Program-made: the position numbers and the translations under genes
Source of the DNA: Mobula hypostoma
Lineage: Eukaryota
Length of the DNA: 64,000 nt
Direction: 5' to 3'
Assembly: GCF_963921235.1 (NCBI RefSeq)
Contig: NC_086097.1
Span: 173,664,001-173,728,000 of the forward strand
Shown here: positions 1-13,274 of the stretch, piece by piece
How positions within the stretch are numbered: the first letter of the stretch is position 1
Layout of the letters: each line of letters starts with the position of its first letter
Notes under the pieces: model-generated
Database searches by the model: none
Told to the model about the DNA's origin: nothing
The model's input: only the letters and a program-made list of their open reading frames with translations

Positions 1-112
1 TGGTACAGGGTTCTGAGTTGGATGATTAGCCATGATCATACTGAATGGCGGTGCAGGCTCGAAGGGCCGAATGGCCTACTCCTGCACCTATCTTCTATGT
101 TTCTATGTTTCT
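1..112 (+). mobile_element. CR1 LINE 3' end
   Basis: GAAGGGCCGAATGGCCTACTCCTGC hairpin followed by a (TTCTATGT)n tail; the same 3' end recurs on other CR1 copies in the window. Confidence 0.85.
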
Positions 113-113
113 G

Positions 114-1197
114 ACGAACAGAATACAATCAATAAGGACGGGCAGCAACCACCATGATTATTCTAAACACTGGTACTCCACAAGATTGCATCCCCAGCCC
201 CCTACTCTACTCTCTGTACACTGATGACAGTGTGGTCAGTCTCTGTTCTAACCCCATCTACAAGCTTGCAGATCATACCACTGGAGTGAGCTGTGCCTCA
301 AATAACAAAGAATTGAAGTACAGGAAGGAGACAGAGAGCTTAATAACATATTGTCATGACACCAACCTTCCTCTCAGAGTCAGCAAAACAACAATGCCAG
401 CTATTGACTTCAGGAAAGGAGGCGGTACATATCCCGTCTATATCAATGTTGCTGTGGTTGAGAGTTTCAAGTTCCCGTGACTGACCATCACCAATAGCCT
501 GTCCCAATTAAACAATGCAGATGCCATGACCAGGAAAGCTCACTAACAACTCTACTTTCCTCAGGTGTCTCAAGAAATTTGGCATGTTCCCATTGAACCT
601 TACCATTTTTTATCATGTCGTCATTTAACCTTACCAATTTTTATCAATGCGTTACAGAGTGCATCCTATTCAGATACATAATAGTTTGATATGGCAACTG
701 CTCTGAACACAAGAAACTGCAGAGTTGTGGACACAGCTCGGCACATCACAGTAACCAGCCATCCCTTTATGGACTCTATTTATATTTCTTGCTGCCACAG
801 TAAAGCAGCCAGTATAACTAAAAAAATACTGGGTCAATGGCATCAACAGGGGTGATGCCAAAAGGCTCAATAAACTGATTAGAAAGGCTGAATCAAACTG
901 GACACACTGAAGGCTGTGGTAGAACAAAGGACTCCACAGAAAATCCTGGCAATTCTGGACAATGTTTCTCACCCTCTGCATGCCAACTTGGCTGAACGAA
1001 GAGCGCTATGTGAGGTCATTCTTACCCCCAGCCATAAGTCAGCCTACAGCCAGGGCGTGATGAGCCCCTCCTGTTCGATGGTTTTTGGTAACTTATGTTT
1101 TATTCTTTCTACTTCTCTTCCAATATTTATATCTGTGCACTTATAACGCTACTGTGACACTGTAACTTCCTTTGGTATCAATAAAGCATCTATCTAC
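114..1197 (+). mobile_element. Degenerate Rex1/Babar-type LINE RT fragment(s) and 3' end
   Basis: NTGTPQDC.PSPLLYSLYT.D..IYK.AD is homologous to the RT at 48262-48573; ends in AATAAAG..(TCTA)n. Probably two joined fragments with a junction near 830. Confidence 0.75.
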
Positions 1198-1214
1198 TAA
1201 AGCCTCAGCACCCT

Positions 1215-1370
1215 TCCTGTAATGTGGCTATCAGAACTGCAGACAATTCTCCAAATGTGGCTTAACCAAAGTGTTACACAGCTGAAATATGACTTCACAA
1301 CTTTTATATTCAATGCCTCGACTAATAAAGGCAAGTATGCCATATGCCTTTTTAGCATCCTATCTACTTG
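1215..1370 (-). mobile_element. CR1 fragment
   Basis: Antisense to the RPHLEYCVQFW-coding region shared with other CR1 copies. Confidence 0.6.
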
Positions 1371-2309
1371 TGTTGCACTCACAAAATACATGTTGCATTA
1401 AGAACCTAACAGCTTTACAGAGATGCAATAATATGTTATATAGCAATTGGGAGAAATTGCACAATAAGTTAGAGGAGAAAACCTTAGTCGATGAAAAGTT
1501 AAGGAAGGAATTTCACAGACTGGTGCCAAAGCAGTTACAAGGACAGTCATCAACACTGGAACCAGAAACAGCAGATGCATAATAACCAGTAACAGAGGGA
1601 TTAAGGGAGCAGTAAGCACAAGGACCAGAATGATAACTTTATATTAACAGATTTGTGAAATCAAAAGCAAGTAGAGGTCAGCAAGGATAAGCGGGATCAG
1701 TAAATTGCATGTAACGCATAGAGTTTCAGTTCAAACTTGGTAGCAGTTCTTCTCACTTTTTTCTCTCCACCTTGAAGTGCAACTAATAGTTGACCTATTT
1801 CATAATAATTTCCAAATTAAACAGAAAGCATTTGCACCTGCAATTCAATGACACCTCTCAACATCCCAATACACAGCAAATTGAAGGCATGTGGCTTAGA
1901 ACAAAAAAAACCACTGCTGTAAGCTAATGAAATAATAAAAAGAAAGGCTTTGAGCATCTGCCAAAACCCACCAATATTCTCTAATTAAATAGTACAAAAT
2001 GTCTTTCTGGCAATTTCTGAAAAGTGCAGAGCACTTGGTCATCATTTTTAATTGACAAAAGAAACCACTAAAATAAAACCAGGCTTAAATGTATATTAGA
2101 TGGATTAAAACATCTGATGGATCAAAATAACCTACTGGAAATTTTGACTGATCCTCGGTTTTAGTATTATTAAACTCCTTTCCAAGCCTTCTTCACTCTC
2201 CCTACGCTGCTACACTCTAGCCTTGATAAAAACCTCAACAAAAGCTCACCATAAACACAAGAGATTCTGTAGACGGTGGCAATCCAGAGTAACACACAAA
2301 GAACCCAAG

Positions 2310-2690
2310 CTCCAACCACACCAAGCAGGTCACAATGAGTAGGACACTTCACTTGCATATCCAACACCAAACTCCTGAAACAGACACACTATTCTGAGCT
2401 CTATTATGGGAAAATATTACAAGGATGAGAGATAAAATGCTTCAAGAACATCTTTAAAGCTGTTTTGTACAAACATGTTAACCGACTCTTGGGAGCCACT
2501 ACCAAATGACTGCTCAAAATGGAGATGGGGCACACGAGCTCACATGGAGAACTTCAATTCTCCTCATCAAAAGCATGTTGAGGCCCAGCAAAAGAGTAAG
2601 ATGGTGCATGCGACCTCCAAGCACCTCCTGCTTCACCTGTTGCAGAGTCTACAGATCCTACATGGGTAACATCACCAAGTCAAAATTCAT
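2310..2690 (+). mobile_element. Degenerate RTE-like LINE 3' region
   Basis: Decayed similarity to an RTE C-terminal coding region (..LLKQTL.SEL..G..; W + cysteine/histidine tail), judged by eye only. Confidence 0.4.
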
Positions 2691-4159
2691 GAGGTGGAAT
2701 GGAGCCAACTCATCTTTAACCCTGAGGGACTGCCTAAGAAAAGATAATGCTCCTGTTCTTGAGTGCCATGATTGAATATGTTCAAACAAAAACCTAAAGA
2801 CAATAAATGGCACAAAAGTAAAGCAGTTATCCTGAACAATAATGGTAACAATGGTGGTTTATGAAAAATCAGATCTGTTAACAAAACTGTCTATTTAATC
2901 ATATTCAAATGCACAAGCCTAAACTTACAAAAAATCTTTCTTCTGATTAGATCTATGAAAATTTCAAAGAAAATATTAGTTTAATCATTTACTCCCTACA
3001 AAATGAAATTCAAAACAAATCTGCAGTTACTGAAAGTTTGCATTACTCTTGACATAATGTTTACCCAATTTCAAAAACATGAGATAAAAAAATGAGTAGA
3101 CTGCAGGCATTAAGTAGAATAACATATAAATAGGCTCTTCAACCCAGTGTGTCAATGCCGCCCACAGAGTCCAACTACATACACAAATATCATTTACTGC
3201 CTTAGGTCACAATCTATGCTCTGGCAATTAAAGTACTTATCAGGATGCTTCTTAAATGTCGTGAGAGTATCTGCCACCATCATATTCCAGATTCTAACCA
3301 CCCTAGGTGAAAAATTTCTGGAGAAAAACATTTCCTGCAACATGTTCAGATTTTATCCAAATCGCCATGAAATCATTTCTGAATACAGCACATCTTCCAA
3401 AGAACAGACTTTTCTTAGATTTGCAGTTACTTAATCATAAATTTAAGTAGACAACTTTAAAAGTGCAAATTTGGAGATCATATCTTCAATGTTCTTGTTA
3501 ACCGAGGATTATATAAAAAAAAACATCCTGAACAACATTTGAAAAACAAATGCCAATCTCCTTTCACTAGCCCTTTCAGTTAGATACAATAGCTTTCAGG
3601 CATCAAAGAAAATTGGGCTCAAAAATCAGGACCTCAAATCCAACACAGAATTCATTGTCTACATGGCAACAATGGTATGGACCACCCACAGCAAGCATCT
3701 CAGATTATTACAGAGATATTGTTAATGTTGTCTCCACAAAATCCAGCAGCGAAATAAGTAAACCAACATCAATGTTCTCTCCCAAAGCAACTTCCCCAGC
3801 ATGGGACAAAGAGACCTAAGAGTACAAGTGCATAGTTTATTGCAAGTGACGTCACAGGATTTACCACACTGGCCTTCATCAGTCAGGACATTGAGTTGAC
3901 GCATTATTTTTCAGTTGTATGAGTCACTGATGCACTTGCATACAGTTTTGGTTATCTTGTTATATGAAACATGTAGTTAAACTGGAAAAACGGTGCAGAA
4001 AAGATTTACGTGTATGTTGCCTGAGCAAGAGGGCCTGAGATAAAAGTTTCGAAGTAAAATTATTACCAAAGAATGTACATATATGTCTTGAGATTCACTT
4101 TCTTGCATATGCATTGAAGTAGAAAAGAGAAATAATAGAATCAATGAAAAATTACAGAC

Positions 4160-4345
4160 AAGATGAGGAGGAAAGGAAGGAAGGAGAGGATAGGAGAAGA
4201 GCAGAAGGAGGAATGGAGGGGAGGGGAGGGGAGGGGAAGGAAGGAAAGAGGGGAGGAGAAGAGGGGAGGGAGAGGAGAGGAGTGGAGGGGTGGGAGGAAG
4301 AGGATGGGAAGGAAGAAGACAGCAAGGAAGAGAAGGAGCAAGGGA
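4160..4345 (+). repeat. Purine-rich (GGA/GAAG/GGGGA) low-complexity tract
   Basis: Almost entirely A/G for about 185 bp; it accounts for the spurious E/G/R-rich and L/P/S-rich ORFs. Confidence 0.9.
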
Positions 4346-4559
4346 GCCTGGCTGGCCTTTTGCACTCAGAATTGTTAATATCTGGGATGGTGTTCTGGTA
4401 AAGTTATTCTGTTAAAGTTATTTCCATAAGTAATGCTAAAAGGAAGTTTTGATGCTGAAAAGGTTTAGGGTTCTGACAAAATTCAGAGTTATTGAACCAA
4501 GCAGATTTTATTATTCAAATTAATAATGTGGTAAGGGAGAAAGAAAATTGACTGAAAAA

Positions 4560-5945
4560 GCATGGTGGATATTGTCTATATGGATTTCAGTAAGGAATTG
4601 AACAAGGTTCCATATGTTAGACTGGTGAACATGATAAATGCACATGCAATCCAAGGTAAACTGTCTAACTGGATCCAAAATTGGTTTGGACATTGGGGGC
4701 AGGGAATAGTATGTGTTTCTGATTGGAAATCTGTGATCAGTGGTGCAACATAAGGATTGGTGCTGGAGCCCCTGTTTTTATCATTTATCTAAATCTGAAT
4801 GCAGCGGGTGTAAATAGTAGGTTTGGGGATACCACAAAAGTTGATGGTGTTGTAGATAGTGAGAAAAGTTGTCTAAGAATACAGTAATATATAGATCACA
4901 AAGAAAATTGAAAGGAACATTGGCAGATGGAATTTAATTCAACTAACATTAGGTGAGGCATATTCAGAAGTTAAATTGGGTGCAGGCATATATAGTAAAT
5001 GGTAGGACACTAAGAAGTGTTTAGAGCTTCATGTTTATGGCTCCCAGAAAGTGGCAACATGGGTAAATGGTACATATGGTATGTTTTCTTTCATAGGTGG
5101 TGGCACTGAATTTAATTTGGGGTGGCATGGTAGCATAATGGTTAACATAACACTTTACAATACCAGCAACCTGGGTTTAACTCCCATCACTGCCTGTACG
5201 GAGTTAGTATCTTCTCCCTGTGGCCCTGTGGGCTTTGTCTCAGTGCTCCGGTTTCCTCCAACAGTACAAAGACGTACCAGTTGGTGGGTTAATTGGTCAT
5301 TGTAAATTGTCACGTGACTAGGTTAGGATTAAATTGGGGGATTGCTGGGGGACGCGACTCGAAAGGCCTGATGGGCCTATTCCACACTGTATCACAATCA
5401 ATAAATAAATAAATACAAAATCCTGTTTATGCTGGACTTGGAGTAATGCAATCAGTTCTGATCATCACCACATAAGAAGGATGTGATTGCTAGAGAGAAT
5501 GAAGTGGGGATTCAACAGGATGTTGCCTGGATTAATGAAAATTCATTATGGGGAGAGATTAGATACACTGAGTTTGTATTTCCTGGAGCTGCCAGGCTGA
5601 TGAGTGACCAGACAGACAAAATGAAAAGAGGCACAGATACAGTAGATAGTCAGTAGTGGTAGAGATATCAAGAACAACAGAGCCTAGGATTTAAGGTGAA
5701 AGAAAGGAATTTTAAAGGGGTTTTGGTGGGAAAGATTTTTTTTTTACACAGAGAACACTTGATATGTGAAATTTTTTACCAAAGGATTTGGTGGAGTTGG
5801 ATACAATCCTATATTTATAAGGCTTTTAAACAGACATTTCCTTAAGTATAAAGATTGTGGCCTTCATGAAGGCAAATGGGATTAATGTAAATGCATTGAA
5901 ATGATGTGCCAAAGTGCTTATTTCTGTGCTGAACATCACTATGTG
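4560..5945 (+). mobile_element. Degenerate 5'-truncated CR1 LINE interrupted by a SINE
   Basis: VDIVYMDFSK..KVP RT motif; sequence continues after the SINE to a decayed CR1 3' end. Confidence 0.85.
5119..5415 (+). mobile_element. tRNA-derived V-SINE (HE1-like)
   Basis: tRNA-like head (TGGTAGCATAATGGTTA..GGGTTTAACTCC), V-domain GTGCTCCGGTTTCCTCC, CR1-like tail and (AAAT)n end. Confidence 0.85.
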
Positions 5946-6069
5946 CAGCATTTAAATCAACACTTGGCTGCAAAGAAAATTATTCTTTAAGACGTCAAAC
6001 TGTGGATTCTAAGTTAAGAGATACAAATTTTAGCAGTGCTCCAGATAAAACATCATAGAATTAACATAC

Positions 6070-6254
6070 CTGAAGGTCTGAAGATGTCCTTCATTAAAGC
6101 TTCATCTACTGGTAATGACACTGATCCTCCAGGATTATGTGTCCAACTCTGTAAAATTGTTTGCAGCAGCAAAGTCTGGGCCCTTGTAGCTTGTACAGTC
6201 AGACTGGGTAACTCAAAAATATATTCAGATGTTGTAACAAATGGTCGTTTCATC
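6070..6254 (-). CDS. VPS13B: VPS13B internal coding exon (185 bp, phase 2/1): (W)MKRPFVTTSEYIFELPSLTVQATRAQTLLLQTILQSWTHNPGGSVSLPVDEALMKDIFRPS
   Basis: Acceptor ttttttttgtaacag| and donor CAG|gtatgt. TG from the previous exon plus G gives Trp across a 28-kb intron. IFELP.LT.QATRAQTLLLQ...QSW.H matches recalled VPS13B. Confidence 0.95.
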
Positions 6255-6479
6255 CTGTTACAAAAAAAAGAAAAAGCTGCAAATTTATAGTGAATTTGTA
6301 ACATTTTAGAGAACAAAATCAGGCTTTTGGACACAACAAATATGTGACAGTATTTTTTTTCTCCATATAAGCCTCCTTCCACTTCACTTAAGCTCAAGAT
6401 CTGGATGGAGGATCTTATCTAGCATTATCACAATACATTTACCTGGATACCACATTCCAGAGATTGAACCTTTCCAGGG

Positions 6480-7090
6480 TGAATACTAGGCAGACCAGGA
6501 GGACAGGCAAATTGTGTAGGAACCTCCTTTCGCCCCCTTCAATGAGTGCATCATATTCACCTCCAAATACAGAAGGGGGTGACAGTTGCTCAAAACAGCC
6601 AAAGTCCATGACACTGTAATGACATGTCCATGACAACAGTATGGTCTGGGAGTAGAATGGCAGGACAGGATTCATTAAATAGGGGTATATACACATTTCT
6701 GTGGACAGAAACATGATCCCAAGGTTGTATATTATCTCCCAAGGTAAAGGATTTCATGGAGCAGCTGCAGGAAGGGGTATTAACAAGGAGAGAATAAATG
6801 ATACAACTATGAGAAAGGGTAAGGCTTTGTATGAGATTACAGACAGTATAGAAATAGATTAAAGAACTAGATCTCATGAATGGAAATTCTGGATGACTAC
6901 CTGGGCTATGTACCCAAGTAGTCATCCAGAAGCAGGAGATCTGTGCAAATCAGCAGGAGGAATGAAGCAGGAAGAAGGAGAGGTGCTTCAAGCAACCAAA
7001 AAGGTTGCATCTCTGAGCCAAAATCTGATTACCAGGGGTTTCCCAGAGGACTTAAACTACCTAGAAAGGAAGGAGGGAACTCTATAGCAG
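6480..7090 (+). mobile_element. Highly degenerate CR1 ORF1 (SGNH esterase-like) remnant
   Basis: Decayed traces resembling GDS..RG..FCG...R.V..LP across frameshifts; weak. Confidence 0.4.
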
Positions 7091-7783
7091 TTACGATTTC
7101 TTTTTTATAATTCTGTATAATTTATTCTCCTCTTATGAAATTTCTATCTAATGGTATGTACATGTGATGCTGCTACAATTATTTCTTCTTCTGTGAATAC
7201 GTGCACTCAAATGACAACAAACTCAAAGGCAAAACTGGATACAGAAGATAGGTGCTTTTATATTAACCCATGAGACACTGGAGATAAAGGTAGATGATTT
7301 GTGAGTAGCTAATTATTTTAACTTAATTCAAAGAATTTAAAAGTGCTGAGTAGAGAGACCTGTGGGAGTGTAACATGGTAGCCATCACAAAAACATGGTT
7401 TCAAATGAGGAGCAGCAACTCAACTTTGTTGGCTGAAGAGTTTTCCAACGAGGAAAATAATGTGGGGTGGGGGGTGGAGACATGAGAAGACATAGCAATA
7501 TTGGAAAAAGAAACATTTACAAGTGGGTCAAAGTTTGAAGTAATAGAAAGAGCAATGATTGAGACTATATCAGTACAACTGAAGACACTACATCAGAGAT
7601 ACATATGTAACTCATGGCAATACTTGCCTAGAAATCACACAAAATCACCACATTTGGCTCCAGATTAAGTCAATTTTCAACTATTAAACACCAAATAAAA
7701 CCTTCATAAAATGATTTTTGAATTCATATCACTAACTCTATAAATTAAGTTCTATCCACAGATAGATCTGTCTTTATATAATA

Positions 7784-8858
7784 CAGGGGTCCCCAACCTT
7801 TTTCGCACTGCGGACTGGCCGACCAGGGGGGGCGGGGTAGGGTTGCCAACGTACAAGAGCAGTAGTCAAATACTTTGTGTTTACCCCGAGAAAGACTACA
7901 ATAACCATGAAGCCTTGCACGGGCATCAGTGCGCACGCGTAACTTGCGTATGTGTGTATGCGCCGATTTTTATACAAATCGTTTCTAAAATGGTTTCTCT
8001 AATGAATTTAATATTAAACACACAGCGCATATTTTCCTCGCATGAATATAGTGATAAGTCAATTATCAGGGGAGCTTGAAGTGTTGAAGGAACTTCCAGT
8101 AGAAGTGGTAGAGGCAGGTTCGGTATTATCACTTAAAGTTAAATTGGATAGGTATATGGACAGGAAAGGAATGGAGGGTTATGGGCTGAGTGCAGGTCGG
8201 TGGGATGAGGTGAGAGTAGCGTTCGGCACGGACTAGAAGGGCCGAGATGGCCTGTTTCCATGCCGTAATTGTTATATGGTTATATAAGTCACTTATAATA
8301 GCATCATAACATTTTAAGTAACGTTTGGCTATTAAACACACAGCGCATATTTTCCTCGTATGAACATATAAAATCATTGCAACACACCAATATCGCTGAA
8401 TCAGTGGGAGCCCTGGGCTGAATACTTGTTTTCCTGCAACAAGACGGTCCTATCGAGGGGTGATGGGAGACAGCGATACTGGGTTCCTTATGTCCAGTCT
8501 ATTCCACAATTTAATTTTCGTTGCATTCATTGCAGAGATATGTTGGAAATGGAAGCAACGTTTTCAGTGCTTTCCTGACTATCTCAGGATATTTAGCCTT
8601 GACTTTGATCCGGAATGCCGGCAGAGATGTTACGTCAAACATACTTTTCAGCCCGCCATCATTTGCAAGTTCAAGGAGTTGATCTTCTTCCCGCGCTGAC
8701 ATGGATGACGCGCGGGTAATGACCTCGTATGCGTTCAAGCTCAACAGTGGGCGTGACAGGGAATGAGGAAAGGTGCAGCTGACTCATATCGCCAAATCAT
8801 ATCGTTTCCTCGCGGCCCGGTAACGCATGCCTTGCAGCCCGATGGTTGGGGACCGCTG
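7784..8858. mobile_element. Non-autonomous hAT (Charlie-group) element with transposase C-terminal remnant and embedded CR1 tail
   Basis: Terminal inverted repeats (TIRs) CAGGGGTCCCCAACC / GGTTGGGGACCGCTG; perfect 8-bp TSD ATATAATA (7776-7783, 8859-8866). The minus strand encodes EEDQLLELANDGGLKSMF..YPEI..KALKTLLPFPTYLC. Confidence 0.93.
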
Positions 8859-11569
8859 ATATAATATATACACATACCTTTCAATTGGGATTGTATTTTC
8901 AAACATCCACAATGATATGATGTGATATATATTCAGCAAAGAATACTGAAATTTTCCTTGGTTCCAAATATAGGTGATATTGAAAGGCAAGTCAAGACTC
9001 ATTTTCGGTGTTTGACGAGGAGACTGGAAAGCTTACATCAAGCAATTTATTGCCTAGATCTTCATCTCAACTGCATGCTAAAAAAACGCAGATTCCAATT
9101 CTATTCATAGTGTGGCAATAACAATTTATAGAGTCAAGGTGGAAAAGATGGAGCCAACCAGAAATAACTAGATGGAATATCCTTTGACACTTGCTGTCTA
9201 AGGAACTCAATTACAAGCATACTTGGCTAATGCATGCAAAACATATTTAACAATAATACACTATAAGTATCATTTTTTTTGGCTGAAGGTCAGGAGGAAT
9301 GCTGAAAGTTGGGGTTAAATATTGCAGGAGGGTGTGAGGTTGTGAGTAAAAGATTAAAATACTTATTCTGAAAACTGAGCATCATTTCAGATTTTTGCAA
9401 CATTAACATATTTTATTGTTACTTTTTAAATCATATTGTTGACTTAAGATAGCATTCTCTCAGTTTGGCTTCCAGATCCACTAAGTACTGAAGAACAAAT
9501 AACTCCAGAGCACTCGGCAAAACATGTGTATGTTCTCCAGGATTAGGTCTATAAAAATTAGGTCAAACTCTGTCCTCTTGGGGAAAATAAATCTCGATAC
9601 AACTAGCAGATCAAGCATCTCATTAAAACAAAACTTGGACAAAGTCCAATGTAAATACAGAAGTAGGACGACTGACAGGTCTCCCTCTATAGTTCTTCCT
9701 CCTCCTAGCAGAAACAAACTGGAAATATCACTGATCAAAACAATTAAGCTGCTTTAATAAAAATCAAGACTTAAAATACTTCCCTCTGGAACCGACTAAA
9801 ACATACTATTTGGTACAGGTAAGTAGTTTTGATTCATTGGATTTACTATGTGCAGACTTAAAGAACAGCAATTCAAGATTTCAAAATCAACACCTGCCTA
9901 ACACTGAAGGAATATTACAACAAGCAGCTGGCTTTAATGGTTTACATAGAGTCCCAAAATGCAAGCTTGAATCCCACAGAATGTTTCCAAAAATTTAATT
10001 TCGATTATTACTCATATCCTGTGCAATGTAAAACTGTATGTTCAGTTTTTCCAAAATAACAGCAAGTTCTAACTAGTTTTTTTATATTACAGAACTGTAC
10101 ATAATGCTGCTACAATATATTTTTACCAAATTGATGTTTGGAATGCAAAGCCTACAGATGTATTGTAACAATAAATTAATGGCCAAAGTAACACCAGAGC
10201 TAGGAATATCACACAAAATGTAATAAAATAATTTTGATGTAATCAAGCCAATAGAATAAGAGGAACCAAAGTCTCCTTCAAAAGAAGCTGTGTATAATAA
10301 AATCAACAAATACCACCAAGGAAGAATGAGTGCAATATTTTAAATTGCATTGTATCCAAGGTGGTCATAAAATGCAACCTAATCTCAAGTGTTTTGAACA
10401 GAAGTAACCATTGTTAAATTATATTGCACGTTTCATCTGAGATTGGTCATTGTATGGTTGATTACATGTTCAAAGTTATAGACCTAGATTCAGCTCAGAG
10501 CTGCGTTTGCATTTTATCTCTCTGCATATTTCCATTCCAAAGATTACAAAATTACAAGCTGAACATATGAAGATACAAAACTGGTGTGCAGGAGAAGACC
10601 ATCTGGTCCATTAAGCCTGCCACAATCACTGGTCAATCACTGCAGCAACCACAACAAATACTCCGGGGATTTAGGGGCAATCTGAGCAATAATACTCTAA
10701 ACCACATCAATGAAAACAAAACAAAAGATAAAGGGAAAAAGGGAAGGTTCTTAATTACTGTAGGGAGCAAGAAAAGGACAATGATCCAAGGACAAGACTC
10801 AACAGCAGATTAAACTCAAACCAGGTGTCATAAGATTATTAAAGATTAAAGATATAAAACAGTACAGAAAGCTCTTCCAGTACAACAGCAAATAATTAGG
10901 AGAAAAAGTCAAGTTTATCACATATGAAAGCAAATTGAGATCTGTAGCAAAGGAAGGGAAAATGGTATTTGAGCCATGCAGGCTATTTTTCATAATCTTG
11001 AGTTCAAAAGCATTTTCCAGTGTTTGGGGAGAACAGCATTTCATCTTCACTAAATTCCTATCAAGAAGGAACATGTAGCTTGAAGGAAGCATTAAATATA
11101 ACATAAAGAACAATAAGAGCAATCACCAATTTCATTACAGCAGACCTTCCCTAATCGGAGATACTTGGCAGGCCACAGAACATCCACCTGAAACTTTTAA
11201 TAGTTCCTTTCTGCACAGATACTGCCTCATCTGTTAAACATTTCCAGCACATTCTGTTTGTTTTTTGCTTCCAGCATCAGCTGTATCTATTTCTTGTACA
11301 TTCTGTATTTATCATTTGGTCTTATCAATCATTTCCACCATTTCCATATTCTCTGCATCAAATAATCATTGAGCAAAATTATGCTTTTCTAAGCTTTTGC
11401 TACTAACATGGCAGAGAAAAAAAGTGATGTTAGTTTTAAGGTAACCACATTATTACAGTCCAATTCAGCTTCTCCCAGTCTCAAAAGAAACTGAAGAAGG
11501 CCTAAAGTTAAAAAAAAAATTTAAAACAAATGTAATAAAATCTAACTTGTTGAATTATACTTGTGTTGG

Positions 11570-12690
11570 TCTTTCATCAACTCCGAAAGGTAATATTATT
11601 AAGGGTAGAAGATTGGCTAACTGACAGAAAATGAAAAGTGCGAACAAAGTGGGCCTTTTCTGGTTGGCTGGCTGGCTGGTGACTAGTTGTGTTCGCAGGG
11701 GTCTGTGTTGAGACTGCTTCTTTTCATGTTACATGTGAATTATTTGGATGATGCTTTTGGTAACTTTGTGGCCAAGTTTGTACACAATACAAATATAGGT
11801 AGAAGGTCAGGTAGTTCTGAGGAAGCAGGGAGACAACAGAAGGACTGAGACAGAAAAGGAGAATGAGCAAAGAAGTAGCAGCTGGAGTATAATGTCGGGA
11901 AGAATATGGTCATACTCTTTGATAAGGAATAAAGGCATAGACTATTTTTAAAACACAGAGCACATTCAGAAATCAGAGGTCCAAAGAGACTTAGGAGTCC
12001 TCAAGCAGGATTCCCTAAAGTTTAACTTGCAGGTTGAACCAGTGGTAAGGAAGGCAAATGCAATGTTAGCATTCATTTTGAGAGGACGAGAATATAGAAG
12101 CAAGGATGTAATGCGGAGGCTTTATAAGGCATTGGTCATACCACACTTGGGAGTATTGTGAGCAGTTTTGGGCCCCTTATCTAAGAAATGATATGCTAGC
12201 ATTGGAGAATGTCCAGAGGAGGTTTACAAGAATTATTCTAGGAATGAAAGGGTTAATGTAGGGGGAGCAATTCATGGCTCTGGCCCTATAATCACTGGTG
12301 TTCAGAAGAACAAGGTATTTCATTGAAAACTATCAAGTATAGGAAGGCCTAAATAGAGTGCAGTTGGAGAGGATCTTTCCTATTGCAGAAGAGTCAAAGA
12401 CCAGAGAGCATAGCTGAAGAATAGAAGGACTTCTCTTTAGAAAGGAGCCAGGGAGGGATTCCTTTAAGCCATAGGGACATTGATCTGTTGATTTCATTGA
12501 CACAGTTGGCTCTGGAGGCCAAGTCATTGGGTATATTTAAAACAGAGGTTGATAGGTTCTTGATTAATATAGATGTCCAAGGTTACTTGGAGAAGTCAGG
12601 GAAATGGGGTAAATAAGAGAAATAATAATACTGTGGAGCACACTCGATGGGCCAAATGGCCTAATTCTGCTCTCGTGTTTTATGGTCTTT
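11570..12690 (+). mobile_element. Degenerate 5'-truncated CR1 LINE
   Basis: Homologous along its length to the CR1 copies at 13275-16405 and 61305-64000; ends ..GGGCCAAATGGCCTAATTCTGCT..TATGGTCT. Confidence 0.9.
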
Positions 12691-12974
12691 TCACGTATGT
12701 CAGCTTTTAGTGACTTGTGCAGAAGAACAATTGGTTGCTTTAAACATCATCTTACACAATCTCTCACCACTTAAAAAATAAGAGCACATTATATTATTTG
12801 TAATTCACATTAAAAGTTATATTGGTGACATCACCAATATAAAAGCCCTACAATTCACAAAATCCTCGCAAATGACTTAATTATGCAGCCAAAATTTTTG
12901 CATTTAGACTTTCTGATCATAAAATCTGTTAACAATGAATAGTATAGAATAGTAAAAAAAAATCTAGTAGAGCC

Positions 12975-13272
12975 GAAGCCTCAAATCATCAAAGACCTGG
13001 GTTCAATCCTGACCACAGATGCTTTTTGAGCTTACACCTTCTCCTTCTGACTGCATGGGTTTACTCCCACACCCCAAAGATGTGTATATTGGTACATTAT
13101 TTGACCACTATAAATTGCTTCTAGGTGTAGGTGAGAATCACCTGGGGAGAGCTAATTGTAATTTAGGAGAATGAAAAATTGGGATGAATGTGGGATTAAT
13201 GTAAATGGGTGATTGATGGTCGATTGGATTCAGTGGGCCAAAGGGCTTCTTTCCGTGCCGTATGTCTCAATG
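12975..13272 (+). mobile_element. V-SINE (degenerate)
   Basis: B-box-like GGTTCAATCC, V-domain remnant CTCCCACACCCCAAAGA, CR1-like tail GTGGGCCAAAGGGC. Confidence 0.75.
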
Positions 13273-13274
13273 GT

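Noticed and set aside
4141..4401. E/G/R-rich and L/P/S-rich ORFs
   Set aside because: Artefacts of the purine-rich low-complexity tract.
5119..5195. tRNA-like sequence (also near 12980 and 21195)
   Set aside because: Degenerate SINE heads followed by a V-domain; no complete cloverleaf.
6053..6069. In-frame read-through past the exon donor to a stop (GMLIL*), suggesting a short VPS13B isoform
   Set aside because: The donor CAG|gtatgt is strong, a nearby intronic stop is expected by chance, and there is no transcript evidence.
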